IMG/VR virus record: IMGVR_UViG_3300020469_003235
Location: 1,674-65,673 of that record
Direction: 5' to 3' (one strand)
Length of the DNA stretch: 64,000 bases
From: a virus
Taxonomy: Duplodnaviria > Caudoviricetes
Shown: in pieces, positions 51,001 through 59,900 of the stretch
Position numbering within the stretch: the stretch's first letter is position 1
Layout: each line of letters opens with the position of its first letter
Made by a program: the position numbers and the translations under genes
The notes under the pieces: model-generated
Told to the model about the DNA's origin: nothing
Database searches by the model: none
The model's input: only the letters and a program-made list of their open reading frames with translations

Positions 51001-54000
51001 TCCAAGTATATCATCATAGTTTGTAACTTTAAATTCAGCGTCTGCGTCAGCAACATATCCTGCTGTCTTAATATATGACTCTTCCTCTGGAATATATTTT
51101 GTTGGGAACGGAGCATGATTATAATCGTCTGGTTTACTGTACACTTCCGATGGAGCATATCTATAAACAAGGTCAGTTAACAACGGGTCAATATTTGGTA
51201 CTAATTGAAACGGTTGCGGACTTAATCTAAAGTTGCCTTCGTCCAGTTTATATTCAATTTCTTCAAAGCCACCGTTGGCTCCATATTGTCCAACTTTAAA
51301 TGCCCATTCTTCAAAAAACTCTAAACTTGAATTTTCTGTATTTGATAAAGCATCAAACAATTTACTTAATGAATTTACTGTTCCTTTATCTTGGATATAT
51401 CCTTGATAGAATTTGTATTGTGAAACATCATCATTAATAATGTTTTCAATATACTTACGTTTCTGATAACCTGTTAAGTGTTGTGCCAACCGTTGCTGTT
51501 CACTGTCAAAATTATCTGTATCTAAATCATAAAAGTCTGCAAATTGATTTGCTTTATAATCTAAGTTTGGTACAAGTTCTGCTTTAGGTTTTTCAGGTAA
51601 TTTATACCAGTCTGTTTCGTCAAATGTTGTCGACCCTGTAATGTTATATTTTGCACTGTAATAAAATGTTTTGTGCTGAACTACAGAAGCAATATCATAG
51701 TCTGTATTTTCTTCCCAATCTTTACACACAACATTATCGTATGTAAATCCAGGAATATTTAAACCACCATTCCAGTCAGTACTTCTATAACCTAATATTT
51801 TAATACGTGCTTGTCTGTATCCAGGACCTGGATTATAAATTGTGTCATTGAATACTGTTTTGTTATCAATTAAACAAACATGTTCTTTTTGTACAAGTGG
51901 TAATTTTAAAAAGTAGATTCCGTCAGCAGTGTTTTTAAGTTTTAATCCAAACGTGTTTTGATTGCTACGTAATGTATTTGTAAATTCTTCTTTAAGTTTG
52001 CCGCCGTCTGCTTTTAATAATGTATAGTCATAAAAGTTATCAAAGATATTATCTACTACTGCATATGGTCTGCTAAACTGTAGGTTAATAGCACTTGGAC
52101 TTAGAGTAAGTAATGCACCTTCACTCCAGTTTTGTGTAGTCCAGAATAAAAATTCTCTTGCACTTAATTCCCAGTTTTCAACTGTTTCAAGTTCTCTGTT
52201 AAATCCGCTAAAGTCAAAGCCTTGTTTTATTAAGTATTGTTCGTAACCTAATATAAAGTCAATAACATCCTGGGTAGTTCTTAGCATTGTACCGTAATTT
52301 AATTTACTTGTTGTACTATCAAATGCTCGTCTTAGAATTCCTTCTCTACCACCTTCCATTGGAAGTTCAACAAGTTTAACAAAATTTTCATCTGTAATAG
52401 TTTGGAAACTTCCTGAATTTTGTACACGGAAAAAGTTAGTAGAAACTCGTATAATTTGTCCTGCTTGGTAACGTTCTCCTGGCACCCATTCTAAGAAGTT
52501 TTCACTAACACCACCTACGTTAATAACTGGATCAGCGGAACGTTCAATATGTTTGTAATAGTCAAAGTATGGTTTGCTTTTGTCATAACCTTTAACAACA
52601 AATCCTGCTGTGCGTTTTTCAATAATTACACCACTGTAAGAAACAGTGTCAACTGGAGAACTTGTGTTTAGAATAATTTTATAATTTTCTTCTGGTACAA
52701 AAACATTTCCTTTATTATTAGGAGTTCTTGAATCAAGTAATAACTTAAACTTATTTTTTTCAGTAAAGCCACCTATCTTAAATCCAAGTTGTACTGCAAG
52801 GCTCTTAACGTTCTCTTTATATGCTTTATTAAGTTTAGTTACGTCTGCATTAATATAGTTGAAAATATAGTTAATTAGACCCGCTGTAGTTACACGAGTA
52901 GTATCTTCTACAGTGTTAGGGAATATTAAACTCTTAGGCTCTAAACGTTTATCAGTTGACGAATAAACAATGCCGCCTGCTGGATTACGTTTAATTCTTG
53001 ATCTATCAAAGCCAACGCCCATTACCTTAGCAGGTTGATGGATTAAAAATGCTGTTAGTAATGCAAATGGATATTCTGCACTTCTACGCCATGCACTTTC
53101 TACAGGTGATTCGTCGCCAAACACAAATGAGTTATTTGTTTCAGGAACAATAAGTCCTTGTGCATATCCGCTTTCGTATGGACTTATTAAATTACCTTGA
53201 CCATCTACAGGAATGTATTTTGTTAAATCTTTTCTTTTATAATTTGTTTTGTATCTAATAGGATTATTAGGCTCACGTACTAACCCCTTCTCAAGGTCTT
53301 CCCAAAGAATTAAATTTTCTTTTGTGTAAGGTGCTGGGCCATATACTGTTTCCCACCAAGTTGGTTGATCTATATATCCTAAAACTTTCCACGGAGTTGT
53401 GTGCGGAGTATCTGTACTTAGATAGTCTTTATAAATTGCTCTCCAAAAACCTGGTAAAGGTGCACCGTCTGGATCAGCCATTATAGAGTAATTCCATGTA
53501 AACGAATTTGCTCTATCGTAGAATGATATATCTGTATAATCAGGATCACCTGCAATGCTTAACCATTCAACAAAGTCAGTAATAGTAACTTCGTCTGCAT
53601 CAAGTCTTGTGAATCCTGTGTCTCTTGTTTTATGTCCAAGGAAACTATCAATATCAAATATGTTAATATCGTAATTTACTTTAACATTATTATAAATTCT
53701 TTTTTCAATTTCTAATAGAATGTCATCTCTATAATCTTGGTATGCTTTAGTAACACTACCATCATGCCCTTTGATAAGCACACGCGGTGTACTATACGTG
53801 TTGTCAGTAAATATTACTGGTTTGTGTAACGGATATAATCCTAACTTTGTTGGTGTAGGTGGAATAAACGAAGCGTCTGTTGATTCGTATTCATAAATTG
53901 TGATAGTGTCATCTACAGCAAGAACAAAATCATTACTAATTTGAATAAAGCCTTCTGATGTAAATGTATAATCTTGTCCATGTAACATCTGTACATTATT

Positions 54001-56928
54001 GTGATATACATAAACTGCTTTAGCACTAACTGTTGTTAAATCAAATGGTGTTGTTAAACTATAAAATTTATTACCTGAATCTGTAACAGTAAATTCACGC
54101 TTGTTATTAGCACCTGACCCAATCATGTCTGTCCAGTAAAATGCTGTTTGCTTTGATTTCTCAGATTGCCATTTTGCAATTACTTTATCAGTTAAGTATT
54201 GTGCTGATCCGTCTAAGCCTAATTTTTCTGAAATATCTACTATTGCTCTTTTAAACTTTGCGTATTCTTTTCTTGCAAATCTAAGTGCTTTTACAATATT
54301 ATAATCTTTGTTTGTAATGTGATACAACGACAATGGAATAGTACCCGAGTGTTGTACAAATTTTGTACCAAGTTTTGCAAGTCCGCCTAAGTTACGTAAG
54401 TTACTTGGTCCTGGAAAAGCCCCTTCAAACCCGTTAACGTTACTAATAATAGTGCTTACATGGTCAATTACTTCTCCGTATGTAAAGGTACTAATGTTTT
54501 CATTAAGTGGATTATTCTGCAAGTTAATCGGAAACTCGTATTTTCCGTTTTCGTTTTTGTCTGCTTCACTTGTAGTATGGATTATTAAGTTATCGCCATT
54601 TTTTAGAGGAGTAACAAACTGTACATAAGCAATGCCGTTTTGTCTATTTAATGACCAAGCACTTTGTCTTACATTGTTTACAAATACTTGTACATCTAAA
54701 TTATTTAAATCGCCACTTCTGTCATATACATCAATTGCAAAGGTATTGTTTTGTCCGTCGACCATATATTGACGTACAACTTTTTGTATACTATCTGCAT
54801 CTGCCTTTTCCCAACCACTTACATTTGTATAAGTGTTTAGTCCTGTATATTTTCTTAGAGTAGACGAATCTGTATTTTGTGTATAATCTTTTTGTGCAAG
54901 TTGATATGTAAAAGAATCTGTTAACAAATCAAAGTTAAAAACAATATCTCCACTGTTTTCAATATTTCTATAAGTTAAAGGTAATCCTATTACAGGATCA
55001 TTAGCACCCGATCCTTGTTTATAACTAAACAAACAAGTACCTGTAAATGTATTTGCATTATACGTATCAAAACTTACATCAGTAATATCATAAAGATTAA
55101 ATTTAGGTTTCTGATTTGTTTTTAGTTTGTCTTGTGCTTTGATCCATTTAGTACCATTGTACCAATAAATTTTACCTTGGTTAACTGTACCGCCTGCAAC
55201 TAATACTGTTTCATTTTCTAAAGGAGTAGTATCTGTTTCATCTTGCAACGCAATTTGTCTTTGACCGTTGTGTGTGATAAATTTTACTTTGTAAATTCTA
55301 CCATTAACTCTAATGTCAGGATCTTTAGTGAAAAGTATACGTAATCCTTCTGTAACTTCAACACCGTCAATGTTATAACCTTCACTGCCCTCAATAGTAC
55401 TAAACACGTCACCGGTAAAGTCGTCAATTAAATCAACGTTTGTTTTCTTCATACTACCAAAATTGTATAAACGTAATCCTGCGTTGAATTCAATAATAGG
55501 ACGTTTAGCACGTTGCGTTTGATCTAACGCAATCTCTGTGCCATTTGCTATAGCAGTTTTTTCAATAGTGTCTTTGTGGAACCAACGATTGTGTCTACTC
55601 CATTGGTTACCGTCAATACTTGCTCTATTAATTGTAATGTAGTCTTGTTCTTTAGGATAGTTAAGTGCTTGTCCGAAAGGTAACTTATCAAAGTTTTCTG
55701 TATCAAATGGTACAAATATATTTGAACTGTATGCTCCAGTAATTTCAAGATCTGCTTTGTTAATTAGTTGTATAGATTCACCAACTCCTTCAACATACCA
55801 ATATCCTTCGCTATACTTTGCTGGTGTTACATCACCTAAAAACTCTACTAACATACCATTGGATAAATCAGTATCTGTTCTTGTTGTATAAGTTAACTTT
55901 TGTAGAATTTCTTTTTCTACATCTATCTCTGTATTTTCTAAAATATTATAAAGTGTAACTAAGCCTGATGTGTTTACATCATTTTGACTGATATAAAATA
56001 ATGTATCAGGTGCATCAAGTGGCACTGTAAATTTAAGTGTGCCTTTTTCTACATACACTGTTGCTGATTCTACACCGTCGGTATAAATTGTAGAGATATT
56101 ATCTCCGTCCTTGAATCCAGTTATACCGCCTTCGACAGGCTCTACTATGTATTCACCTGTGTCGTAGCCATCGGTGTCATATAATTCTGCTTCAAACTTA
56201 CCAGATGCCAACACACCTTCAACTGTCTCAGTTATAATCGCTTGTCCTGGAGTAAATGCTCTATTGGTTGCAAATGCTATTGGATGTCCAGGTGTATCAA
56301 TCTCGAATATGTAAGTTTGACCTTTGTAAAGTTTTAGAGTAGGATTTTGTGTTAAACCTGTTGGGGTAAATTTATACGCTACGTTGTCATCATTTTCCTC
56401 CACGGATACTTTAAAAGTAGATACAATTTCTTTGTTCTGTCCAAAGATAGGTAATACTTGTGGTCCTGCTGGAAGCCAATAGTATTCTCTAAAGTTTGTA
56501 AACTTATCCCAATCAACATGTGGTTGCCACGCATAATATTCTTGTGCGTTAATTTTACTATGATCAGGATTTCTATTACCAAACGCTCTTAGTTGGTTTA
56601 TGTAATCATTATAGTCTTTGTAAAAGTCAACATTGTCAACATTGTCTTTTAAAACAACTGCTGGTTCTAATTGATAATTTTGTCTTTGGTCTGAAACGTC
56701 ATTAACATAGTTGTCTGCTGACTGAACTGCTTTTGCGTCTCTACGGCCATAGTAAGAATTAAGTTTTTCAACTTCTCCTGGATTCATAAACTGATCCAGT
56801 GTACTTGTTAAAAACTTTTTATTTGCTGGTGTTCTAAAATACTTAGGTAAGTGGCTTAGGCTTGTTCGATTTTCGCCATCGTCGTTTGGACCAATTGGAA
56901 TATCATTCTGGTCATTATCGTAAGCCAT
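42070..56928 (-). CDS. giant (4952 aa) baseplate wedge/adhesin-like virion protein
   Basis: Uninterrupted ORF following the gp6-like gene; FG-GAP-like repeats, W/F..Y..G..V.Y modules, G.GY..AP repeats, C-terminal GDGS repeats. Confidence 0.75.
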   Translation of the reverse strand: MAYDNDQNDIPIGPNDDGENRTSLSHLPKYFRTPANKKFLTSTLDQFMNPGEVEKLNSYYGRRDAKAVQSADNYVNDVSDQRQNYQLEPAVVLKDNVDNVDFYKDYNDYINQLRAFGNRNPDHSKINAQEYYAWQPHVDWDKFTNFREYYWLPAGPQVLPIFGQNKEIVSTFKVSVEENDDNVAYKFTPTGLTQNPTLKLYKGQTYIFEIDTPGHPIAFATNRAFTPGQAIITETVEGVLASGKFEAELYDTDGYDTGEYIVEPVEGGITGFKDGDNISTIYTDGVESATVYVEKGTLKFTVPLDAPDTLFYISQNDVNTSGLVTLYNILENTEIDVEKEILQKLTYTTRTDTDLSNGMLVEFLGDVTPAKYSEGYWYVEGVGESIQLINKADLEITGAYSSNIFVPFDTENFDKLPFGQALNYPKEQDYITINRASIDGNQWSRHNRWFHKDTIEKTAIANGTEIALDQTQRAKRPIIEFNAGLRLYNFGSMKKTNVDLIDDFTGDVFSTIEGSEGYNIDGVEVTEGLRILFTKDPDIRVNGRIYKVKFITHNGQRQIALQDETDTTPLENETVLVAGGTVNQGKIYWYNGTKWIKAQDKLKTNQKPKFNLYDITDVSFDTYNANTFTGTCLFSYKQGSGANDPVIGLPLTYRNIENSGDIVFNFDLLTDSFTYQLAQKDYTQNTDSSTLRKYTGLNTYTNVSGWEKADADSIQKVVRQYMVDGQNNTFAIDVYDRSGDLNNLDVQVFVNNVRQSAWSLNRQNGIAYVQFVTPLKNGDNLIIHTTSEADKNENGKYEFPINLQNNPLNENISTFTYGEVIDHVSTIISNVNGFEGAFPGPSNLRNLGGLAKLGTKFVQHSGTIPLSLYHITNKDYNIVKALRFARKEYAKFKRAIVDISEKLGLDGSAQYLTDKVIAKWQSEKSKQTAFYWTDMIGSGANNKREFTVTDSGNKFYSLTTPFDLTTVSAKAVYVYHNNVQMLHGQDYTFTSEGFIQISNDFVLAVDDTITIYEYESTDASFIPPTPTKLGLYPLHKPVIFTDNTYSTPRVLIKGHDGSVTKAYQDYRDDILLEIEKRIYNNVKVNYDINIFDIDSFLGHKTRDTGFTRLDADEVTITDFVEWLSIAGDPDYTDISFYDRANSFTWNYSIMADPDGAPLPGFWRAIYKDYLSTDTPHTTPWKVLGYIDQPTWWETVYGPAPYTKENLILWEDLEKGLVREPNNPIRYKTNYKRKDLTKYIPVDGQGNLISPYESGYAQGLIVPETNNSFVFGDESPVESAWRRSAEYPFALLTAFLIHQPAKVMGVGFDRSRIKRNPAGGIVYSSTDKRLEPKSLIFPNTVEDTTRVTTAGLINYIFNYINADVTKLNKAYKENVKSLAVQLGFKIGGFTEKNKFKLLLDSRTPNNKGNVFVPEENYKIILNTSSPVDTVSYSGVIIEKRTAGFVVKGYDKSKPYFDYYKHIERSADPVINVGGVSENFLEWVPGERYQAGQIIRVSTNFFRVQNSGSFQTITDENFVKLVELPMEGGREGILRRAFDSTTSKLNYGTMLRTTQDVIDFILGYEQYLIKQGFDFSGFNRELETVENWELSAREFLFWTTQNWSEGALLTLSPSAINLQFSRPYAVVDNIFDNFYDYTLLKADGGKLKEEFTNTLRSNQNTFGLKLKNTADGIYFLKLPLVQKEHVCLIDNKTVFNDTIYNPGPGYRQARIKILGYRSTDWNGGLNIPGFTYDNVVCKDWEENTDYDIASVVQHKTFYYSAKYNITGSTTFDETDWYKLPEKPKAELVPNLDYKANQFADFYDLDTDNFDSEQQRLAQHLTGYQKRKYIENIINDDVSQYKFYQGYIQDKGTVNSLSKLFDALSNTENSSLEFFEEWAFKVGQYGANGGFEEIEYKLDEGNFRLSPQPFQLVPNIDPLLTDLVYRYAPSEVYSKPDDYNHAPFPTKYIPEEESYIKTAGYVADADAEFKVTNYDDILGLDPNTIDVGKYIWVAKKGQTWDVLRQTETPFKVSSIVNSDSSGMIEITTGKAPPFVKDDIISVLGTGDVDRFFKVQRTSLNTIYATTSVEQPDLPEISGFITQLNSVRVADLNGVNKKITRDNVSNNERVWVDQDENNRWAVVENKNKYAQSQQMFSNSIEGILGTDDKNFGTSISANATNSIIPVGVPDETENGRVDIYFRASENLKAVQSQILDAPTGVMSSGENSFGQSTNISTDGKWLIVGMPYASNVKSYYKGDFNSSTTYAQFDTVKYTNQYWQAKTTVEPQDPSLEYQTFSSHVQALVSTLENNVYSNLYFILRGNFSFPEELTDHMLIRAPKGQYDGTEIGDKLQLLWNDINTRYPSGVTPFNNDPLMTKAFLDGEHAIVEKIDDILLIDNTQAIPSVGETISSATAVAVVTKVHTTGDNRSLIYVKDANGLFESTGTLFVGDIQIGAFERAVQQEETLLGGWWQIAGPSASFTSTTTIETKPYLVIQDIIKTGVSRSVKYYDNALRIQDNLTDQNPTKTSYIETLTYLGDSGNVLSDKWVFRAPATLTSSLSVGNTFNFFFNEYATADGLIQNPGVISPEITHDYLNRTEHTVYDIWNGWLEINLTSFDDRGSPTPGDADFNPNYGEPFIPVIGDTVQDNDTLATATVAGVEKLFNTLRLWIKNVDGTWKFGSDNNDISSLSINGGSQGVGVVRLVGTVNTRHLESDTAGPIVVVQKDVNLTPGSARTLQGFEYWIYDSVEQSGISRDANPPSNTNNDWERVYNITANSSGTASALTRQGAYAIYERNTSNFYNLHNVYIMPDAADSRHLGATVEMVTHNDGTYTAYLLSKGNGTFTQPGRINVIKYDKIKGWILGQDTDYKGDFSTTVTYKTGEYVKYLGQIYQAQTNIIAGAWNGSNWTLITEGLDLNGYLPNDTGFIIGDDSALQDTNLYEFGTQFGISSDGEVLATIVKYGDAVDSSINTPKLAIYRKVLGHFLFSQVIDAYADGIGYGSSVTVSNDGRFIAVGAPKYSAEYVNQGTVFIYESVNGTFQQVQHLVGPQGIANEKFGSVVKYGTDRIAVHSAGGDLTSITGFDGGITAFDNGTTLFNTSLIDTGEVFVYELLGNRYVYADKLKFADSKALYFGRTMFINGNHIYIGIPTYSRDDNNSRGTVIDYRSNPNTKLWEKIRSERPLVDLSRFKGISLYDKNTNQVTEYIDYIDPAQGKIAGTAETELTFKTTYDPSTYNIATDTTVVKDETMFDTTNNVGKLWWDIDAVRFINPYSNTGNIFTTSNTMNSVFPGTEVEIYEWVESDLLPSEWDEQADTESGLVEGISGKSKYGDNAYSSRRVYDDEAQKFTLYYYYWVRNKKTTPNVPGRTISAADVQELIRDPSGAGLKFATMLDKNEWTLHNLQSSITGNDTILKFAYWNIEETDKNVHNQYKIITDGLETSVPKTDLERKWFDSLIGFDEQGRPVPDRELTTKDRYGILNEPRQTMFVNRIEALKQLVERVNTSLKQKILIDDFDLSDLETNDPIPTVASRKFDRQIDSDSELQFVPVGRLKQATVSLTIQDGKVLRADVTEQGYGYKTVPTVAITTVSGTGAEVSLTMNNVGQITGATVIKSGTNYAQTDTIRIRPFTVLTTTDTTYENKWSLYEYVGGTVIWNRIKSQRYDVKPYWSYIDWYATGYNALTKADYVIDETYKLESLQDTFGNIIKINNVGSGGWLLLEKVDSQANVDYTVNYKTIGRQNATIELGKSLYDYSEELIGYDSFGYDDSAFDLQPIDEMRIILKALRDKIFVDELAIEYNKLFFAQMRYILSEQKFVDWMFKTSFIKAKHNIGSLRKDITFNNDFLESYEEYVKEVKPYKSKIREYLSTYEGKDTASSMVTDFDLSPIYSDIAGKIIPQTVRVVDDELQSASLLNTYPSKHWKDNASFKIKSVDIFDAGSGYENAPGVEFVGGGGTGAKATAYVGGGKITEIKIDNAGQGYVSAPTIVLNGAVADGGKVGKASAIIGNSNLRTTHMTVKFDRVTGTFFITTLAETETFVGTGGKYNFKLKWPMDVKTDQVSVTVDGIEVLQSGYNVLNIIDSVGRTHERSIGQVTFTTPPANNSNISISYKKEISLLTAQDRINLFYNPTTGQLANDLGQLMDGIDYGGVQVKSFTFGGGSGWGTEGWFTGAYDSYDNTYEDEVIRLDGSTISVTLSKPLENGVEYNVYLNGTRIDDPNYPSSPTNPNARTTTLTGDGTTQTIFLDNDGLDINGINSPGADDVLIFRKNTSDGSFVPDPRAYDTLVQGGDLAYASATGINPEEINIDGDGFVTQLTSKGPEEQIPGQVLDTLDMKIYDRVGSGASVIESVSYIGDGSTTVFSYNGIPQSKDALLVKVNNIIALQSTYTVDYKNKTVTMASAPALNQRINVISMSGNGDKILDLDTFTGDGSTIQFVTNVDWREDINSIVTVNGEKPSYVLETTDSSYDTANKAVITFGAAPADEAVINFGIYASDAQTFSEIKTDNLIADGSSASYELSTTPFSSLPASHNIIVRVGDNILNAGYNESFTIDNRVEYQLRNWQQPGGTLGADDIIVLLNGNALTYTSDFIFRPANSSVEIFENVAQAGDKLDIFVTTDGQYTVAGNVLTLDTVPTIDTTIKVTHFSKHDIQEINRKNFDIVTRTTIDFESAADIEYNHLLAGLIKLERQTVDAEYVWIVVNGKLQTPSVDYKVTDDQLFVRMAQPLTANDVVEVIQFSETGPTVSKFGWRVFKDMLNRTVYKRLGDNNKYRLVQDLKPFDKEIIVDNPDSMFVPDKTTNTPGVIFINGERIEYMVKDSNSLTQLRRGTFGTGVKDIHQTGDEIFDQGFQQTVPYQDKTLINTYIGDGSSTEYLLDWTPTKGVDEFEVFAGGKRLRKRDIAMFDATVAQDSPEGDITAQAEFSVSGNILTLITAPADGVRVTVVRKVGKTWNDSGKTLGKTKNAIAQFLRAEEVDLPK

Positions 56929-59900
56929 TAGTAACCTCCGCTACTTGAACTTGATGAACTGCTTGAAGAACTTGAACTCGATGAACTCGAACTTGTTGTA
57001 CTTGTACTTGTATTTGTAGTTGTACCTGTATTTGCACTTGATGTAATCCCTGCATTCTCTGTTGTGGCTGTACTTACTATAGTACCTGTTGTTTGTAATC
57101 TTGATGCTGTAAGGCTATCGATTATTGCAACATTATCAACAGTTGCTCCACTAATGAAAATTTCATCGTTCTCTGTTGACACTTCGTATAGACTTCCAAA
57201 TGCTTTCTCTGTTTGATTAGGTACTAACACAAGTGTTGTAATGTCTGGTGCTAATACATTAACAATATATGTGGATAGTTCTGTGAAACTAAACTTGTCT
57301 CCAAAGTCCCAGAATTCTAAAGCAAAAAATTCATTAATTGCTTGTACAATTCTTAACTTAATATCATTGTCATTAGTTATTACTTCTGGATTTTTAACAA
57401 CTTTAAATGTTGCTTGTAAATCTGAATCTGCTTTGTTACCAAACAATATTTTATAGTTAACTGGGTGATAAATTACTTCATCACTGATTGATTTAATCTT
57501 ATTAATTTCTGCTCCAAAGTTCTGAAATAATTCATCTGAACTCGGTGGTAAAGGTTTAGTAGTTATAGTATTTGCCAAGTACTGTCTAAATGATCTATCA
57601 TATGTTTTTGTTAACAAGTATGTGTCAATAATATTAGAACTACTTGGGTCTAATCTATTATTCTCATCAGCACTGTGTACGTATTGGAATACAAGTTTAT
57701 CTCTACCTTGATATGCTTTATATCCTGTTTGTAATGTTAGGTTTGCATTTGTTTTGCTGTATACTTTAAAAACATTGTTGTCTACAAAGTAAAATATTGT
57801 ACCGTCATCGTATTGTGACAATGCGCCTGTTGCTGTTTCTGATGCAAACGTTCTAATATTTTCTACTGCGGCATCTACATAATCATAATTTGTAGATTGA
57901 TTATTTGAAATCTTTTCTTTTAGAAAAATCCATTTTGTTAACGGATTAGTATCCTGTGCAACAAAGTCATCAAACAACGCTGGATTATCAACTACGCCAT
58001 CACCGTCACTGTCAAAAAATCCTACTTCTACTTTTTTACTATTAATATATCCTTCTTCATCTCTAAACTCTTTAGTAACTTGCCAAGGATAATCAATAGT
58101 TGCAGGTGATACTGAATCTGGTTTCTTGTTAATAGACATTAAGTTAATTTTATCTCTAATAACTTGTCCTGTTCTACTGTCGTAAATTCTGTCTGTTTCA
58201 TCAAAGTAAAACTTAACTTCTTTATTACTTTCAAAAATGTATCTAACACCTCTGTAAGTTATATTGTATTTTTCACCATCTGTTTCAAATAACATTAACC
58301 AACTTGAATCTAAGTTTTGTCCTGATGTGTCACCGGTCTTACCCATATTAAACGCATTACCGATACTTAAATTATTATTAAGAATTACACGCCATTCTCT
58401 ATCTGAAGTACTGTAACGTACTCCAAATGTTTTATATGAAAATATTTGATCAATAATTTGTGTTGTAACATCAGTTGTTAAGTTTGTTGCAAACTTAGGT
58501 TTAACTTCATCTAATACTGCACCGGTTGGAATAACATCGTTAAAGATAATCGGTCCTTGACCGTCATCGTAGTTTTCAGTTCCTTTATCGTTTACTCTAA
58601 CAACCTTTGTCCAAATGTATGTTGTTGCGCCTGGATGGTCTGCATCGCCAGCCATTAATTCATGACTGTTGTCTTTCATAAAGTGTTTGCCTTCTGGAGC
58701 AATAAATTTAACCATTGCGCCTGGCTCTACAAACTTTAATGTACTACCAGTAAATGTTCCTACTGTTAATTTAATATCTAATGAGTCTGAAATATAACCG
58801 CTGGAGTTATTAGTTTGTTTTGCAACCTGTGTCCAGTCTGCTTGTAAGTCTGTTGTTGATATTTTAGGAAACTGATTTAAGAAAAAGTTTTTAATTACAG
58901 TGTTTGAAAGTAACGGTGTAATTACGTTTTGAATATTTCCTTCTACATCTGTTTTTGTATTAAAAGAAAAACTAATTTTTTTATCAAACACCTCTTTATA
59001 GATAACGCCATCGTTACCAAATATATTTGTACTTGAATACTTTCCTGTTGAATCAATTAAATCAAAGTATCTTGAAATACCCGAACTTGTTCTATTGATA
59101 CTTTTTACTTTAACTACTTCTTGACTAACTGCTCTTGGTGCAACATTATAGTCCTCACCAGTAATCATTCTATTTTGTGTATAGTATGTACTTGGAGCAT
59201 TTTCTTTGATGCTTTTTGAAGTTTCTGGTCCACTTGCATTATCAACTGTGTATTTTAATGAACATACAAGTGTAAATGTTTCAGGTGTACCTGCACGACT
59301 TGTATATGGTACACTAATAGTTACGTTGGTTAATTCTTCAGGTTGGATTGCAAACTTGCTACCAAGTCCTTTTCTAAAGTAACATCTAAATTGTCCTTTA
59401 GGCAAATCACCAAATGTTCCGTCTGCAAATAATAAACTAATTCTGTCATCAATACGTGATTGCACAGCATACAAACTTCTGTTCTGTTTATTAATACTAT
59501 TATAAATTACATTGTTACCTTCAGTTGCTTCAACCTTAGTCCATAATTTTGTTTCGTTTCCGTTACTGTCTAATTGATAAAGCCAAACATCTGAATTGTT
59601 AATGTTTGTTGTGTCAATTGCAACTGCTTGGTTGGTAGTTGGATTTTCAATTGAAAAATTACCTGTGTCTAATACACCTTGTCTAAAGTGTACAAAATAT
59701 CCTGAGTTTGAACTGCCAGCACCCTTGCCATCTTCTCTATATAAAAATGCTAAACTGTTGCCTGGTAACGGATCTTCTTCAAAAATCTTGTTAGCATCAA
59801 TAGATGCACTTGTTACTTCAAATACAATATTCTTTTCGCCTACGTTTTTATTAAAACTGTAAACAGGTAAGTTTGTGTTTGATGCATTGAAACGATATTG

